Source of the DNA: Azolla caroliniana
Lineage: Eukaryota; Plantae; Polypodiophyta
Assembly (NCBI GenBank): GCA_043228905.1
Contig: JBHGNT010000309.1
Coordinates: 1 to 36,333 of the forward strand
DNA: 36,333 nt
Direction: 5' to 3'
The notes beneath the pieces are model-generated. The model did not search any database, was not told where the DNA came from, and saw nothing but the letters and a program-made list of their open reading frames with translations. The translations under genes and the position numbers were made by a program. Of this stretch, positions 34,173 through 36,333 are shown piece by piece (the first letter of the stretch is position 1; each line of letters opens with the position of its first letter).

Positions 34173-36333
34173 TCAATTAGATTCCTCCATGTCTTCATTT
34201 TCATCCGGCCTATTATGTTCATCGTCGAGGTAATCGAGGTCAGGATCCTTGTCTTGTCTTTTCTTGAAAATCTTTACTCTTTTTCCCGCAATGGGTACGG
34301 CCAACCTTGATCCGTCTAGTTCCGCAAGGTGGTATGTGGCATTATCGTTGGAACTTGGCACCACATACGGCCCGAACCATCTTCTTGCGAACTTCCTTGT
34401 TGTACTGTGTTGATTGTCAAGGGTGTTATCGTAAACCAAATCCCAATCCCCTTCTTCAATCTTCTTGGGACGAAGTCGATGCGTGTTGTCGAACCGAACT
34501 TTGTTCTTTACTCGGGTTGCCTTCATCATCTTTCGCGCTTTTTCTAAATCTTCAGGTCTTCTTTCAAGTTGCCTTATCCACGCCGCTAATAACTCTTCTC
34601 GGCTCATCTCTTTCTCCCACGGTATCGCTACCCATGAGGCGATCGTCCTTTCGATGGTCATAATCGGCTTTTGTCCATACATAAGCTCCGTCGGCATATA
34701 CCCTGTCACCGAGCTATGTGTCGTTCTATCGGCCCACAAGGCATAGGGTAATAGTCGTGGCCAATTCCCGACTCGACCGTTGCATGCCCGTACGATGGCT
34801 TTAACGATAGGTCCATGCCCTCGCTCGATCTTCCCATTTGTTTCCGGATTGTAGGCAGTCGTGAGGGAGAGCTTCACGCCTAGTCTTTCGAAGAGCTCCA
34901 TCACTTCGTGCGCGTCCAACTCCCCTCGGTCGGCCACTATCTTCCCTACACATCCATATCGGCAAACAACATCTTCAAGTAAAAATTTACAAACGGCTGA
35001 AGTCGTCTTATTTGTCCCACTCCCAAGTACTTCATTTGTCCCACTCCCATTGGCATCGAGACTAGATCCACCATCCATTTGAAGTGAATGGTGAGGGGGT
35101 ATGTCGGCTTTAACTCATCACGATGACATATATTTGAATATATTTGGCAAGTTTCACATGTGGACACGAAATGGAGTACATCTTTGTACATGCTTGGCCA
35201 CCAGTACTTCTCCTTCAATTTTTCGAACGTCGCCCATGTTCCTCTATGACCTGCCCAAGCACTCTCGTGGAATTTGGTCATCAGCGTCTCTTGCTCTTCT
35301 TTCTTTACCACCACTCGACGTGGTATTCCTGTCCTTCTTTTTGGATGTCGCCAAAGGAATCCTCCCTTCAAGAAGTATTGGTAAGCTTTCTTTCGGATTC
35401 GTAGGGCCTCCTCCTTTGTCAACGAAGCATCTGTCGTCAATGTTCTTAGGAATCTACCGATGAGTTATAATGTCCCGACTGTCGATCGCCAATTGGAATT
35501 GGTCATATCCGGAGTAGAGATCGCCAATGGAGTAGATGGACTGGCCCGCAAACGCTTCGGCAAATTCGTCCACGCTCGGACCGATTCCGGCATTTCGAAT
35601 TGTCACCTTGTTGACGGGTTGAAGATCTTGGATGAATCGCAATGATCCATTCTTCTTGGGCATCGTGAACCACCTATTGGAATAAGGAGCATTCGACGGT
35701 TCTAGAATTCCCATACTCACCTTCTCCTTTAAGAGCTCGATCAGCTTCGGAAGGTGTGCTCTCGGAACCGGTATCGGTTTCAAGTTCCAAGGCACATGAG
35801 GCACCGTGAAGATCACCATCGGCTCTATAACCTTTGGGTCGGCGCATCTGATTTCTCGTAGGAAGAATGCGAAAGCCTTCCCATGTCTCTCAAGCATATC
35901 GCGAAACATTCGGTCCTCTTCAGGGAGAAGGAAATTCTCCTTTCCAACTCGTAGCTTCCCCTTCATCTCTTTGGTGAAGACATGACCTATCTTCTTCGGA
36001 TCTCTTAAGCTTGGATCGTTAGCGACTTCCTTCATCTTTTGCCAGCTATCTTCCGGTAGCGGAACCGCAACTGGCTTGATCTTCTTATCCACCGTTTTAT
36101 ATTTCGTGTTGATGTCAGCTTCCTTCATCGAGATGCCACGACGGTATTCATCGATGATAGCGTACATGTTGACGGAGTTAACCGAAATCACGCATTGGTT
36201 GTGAAGATAGCTCAAGTCCACGACGTCCTCGATTTCGCCGATGGTGTCGTTAAATGAGGCTTCTTCCATAATATGAGTCACGAATTATGTTCTCTTCTTT
36301 CAGCATCTTCTCGAATTCTTGTATCCGGTGCTT
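34173..36333 (-). mobile_element. Ty3/gypsy pol (possibly Phygy-like): RT N-terminal half joined by deletion to integrase; runs off window end
   Basis: RT RWFTMPKKNGSLRFIQDLQPVN...DLYSGYDQ stops at ~35460. Integrase H-H-CC (HESAWAGH..CETC), ADRGE, YNPETNGKIER, WFGPY. YxDD and RNase H are missing. Confidence 0.92.

Overview
Eukaryotic, transposon-dense land-plant DNA. Fern, lycophyte or bryophyte origin is inferred from the retroelement lineages, not shown. The window is a stack of nested, mostly decayed mobile elements. The centrepiece is a 12,032-bp cut-and-paste DNA transposon with intact termini (2568-14599; 26-bp GGG...CCC TIRs, 4-bp CTTA TSD). It splits a Ty1/copia pol gene, and the copia element is itself inserted in a Ty3/gypsy gag. 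The transposon encodes a spliced DDD transposase (DFAENY / WSDG / GHGKGxxDG, most like Sola2) and a convergent spliced accessory gene (TPxK motifs, coiled coil, RING-type finger, acidic tail). A probable captured URB2 fragment lies between the two genes. Further right are a gypsy LTR with a tRNA-Trp primer site, three copies of a rearranged Tcn1-like chromovirus, a copia remnant, and a PDCD4/MRF gene fragment in which MA3-1 appears fused in frame to MA3-4. There is also a LINE 3' end inside a (TC)n tract, a degenerating tRNA-Ser(UGA) array with a ~1.6-kb higher-order repeat, and two more gypsy remnants. Family names come from motif recall, not database searches.
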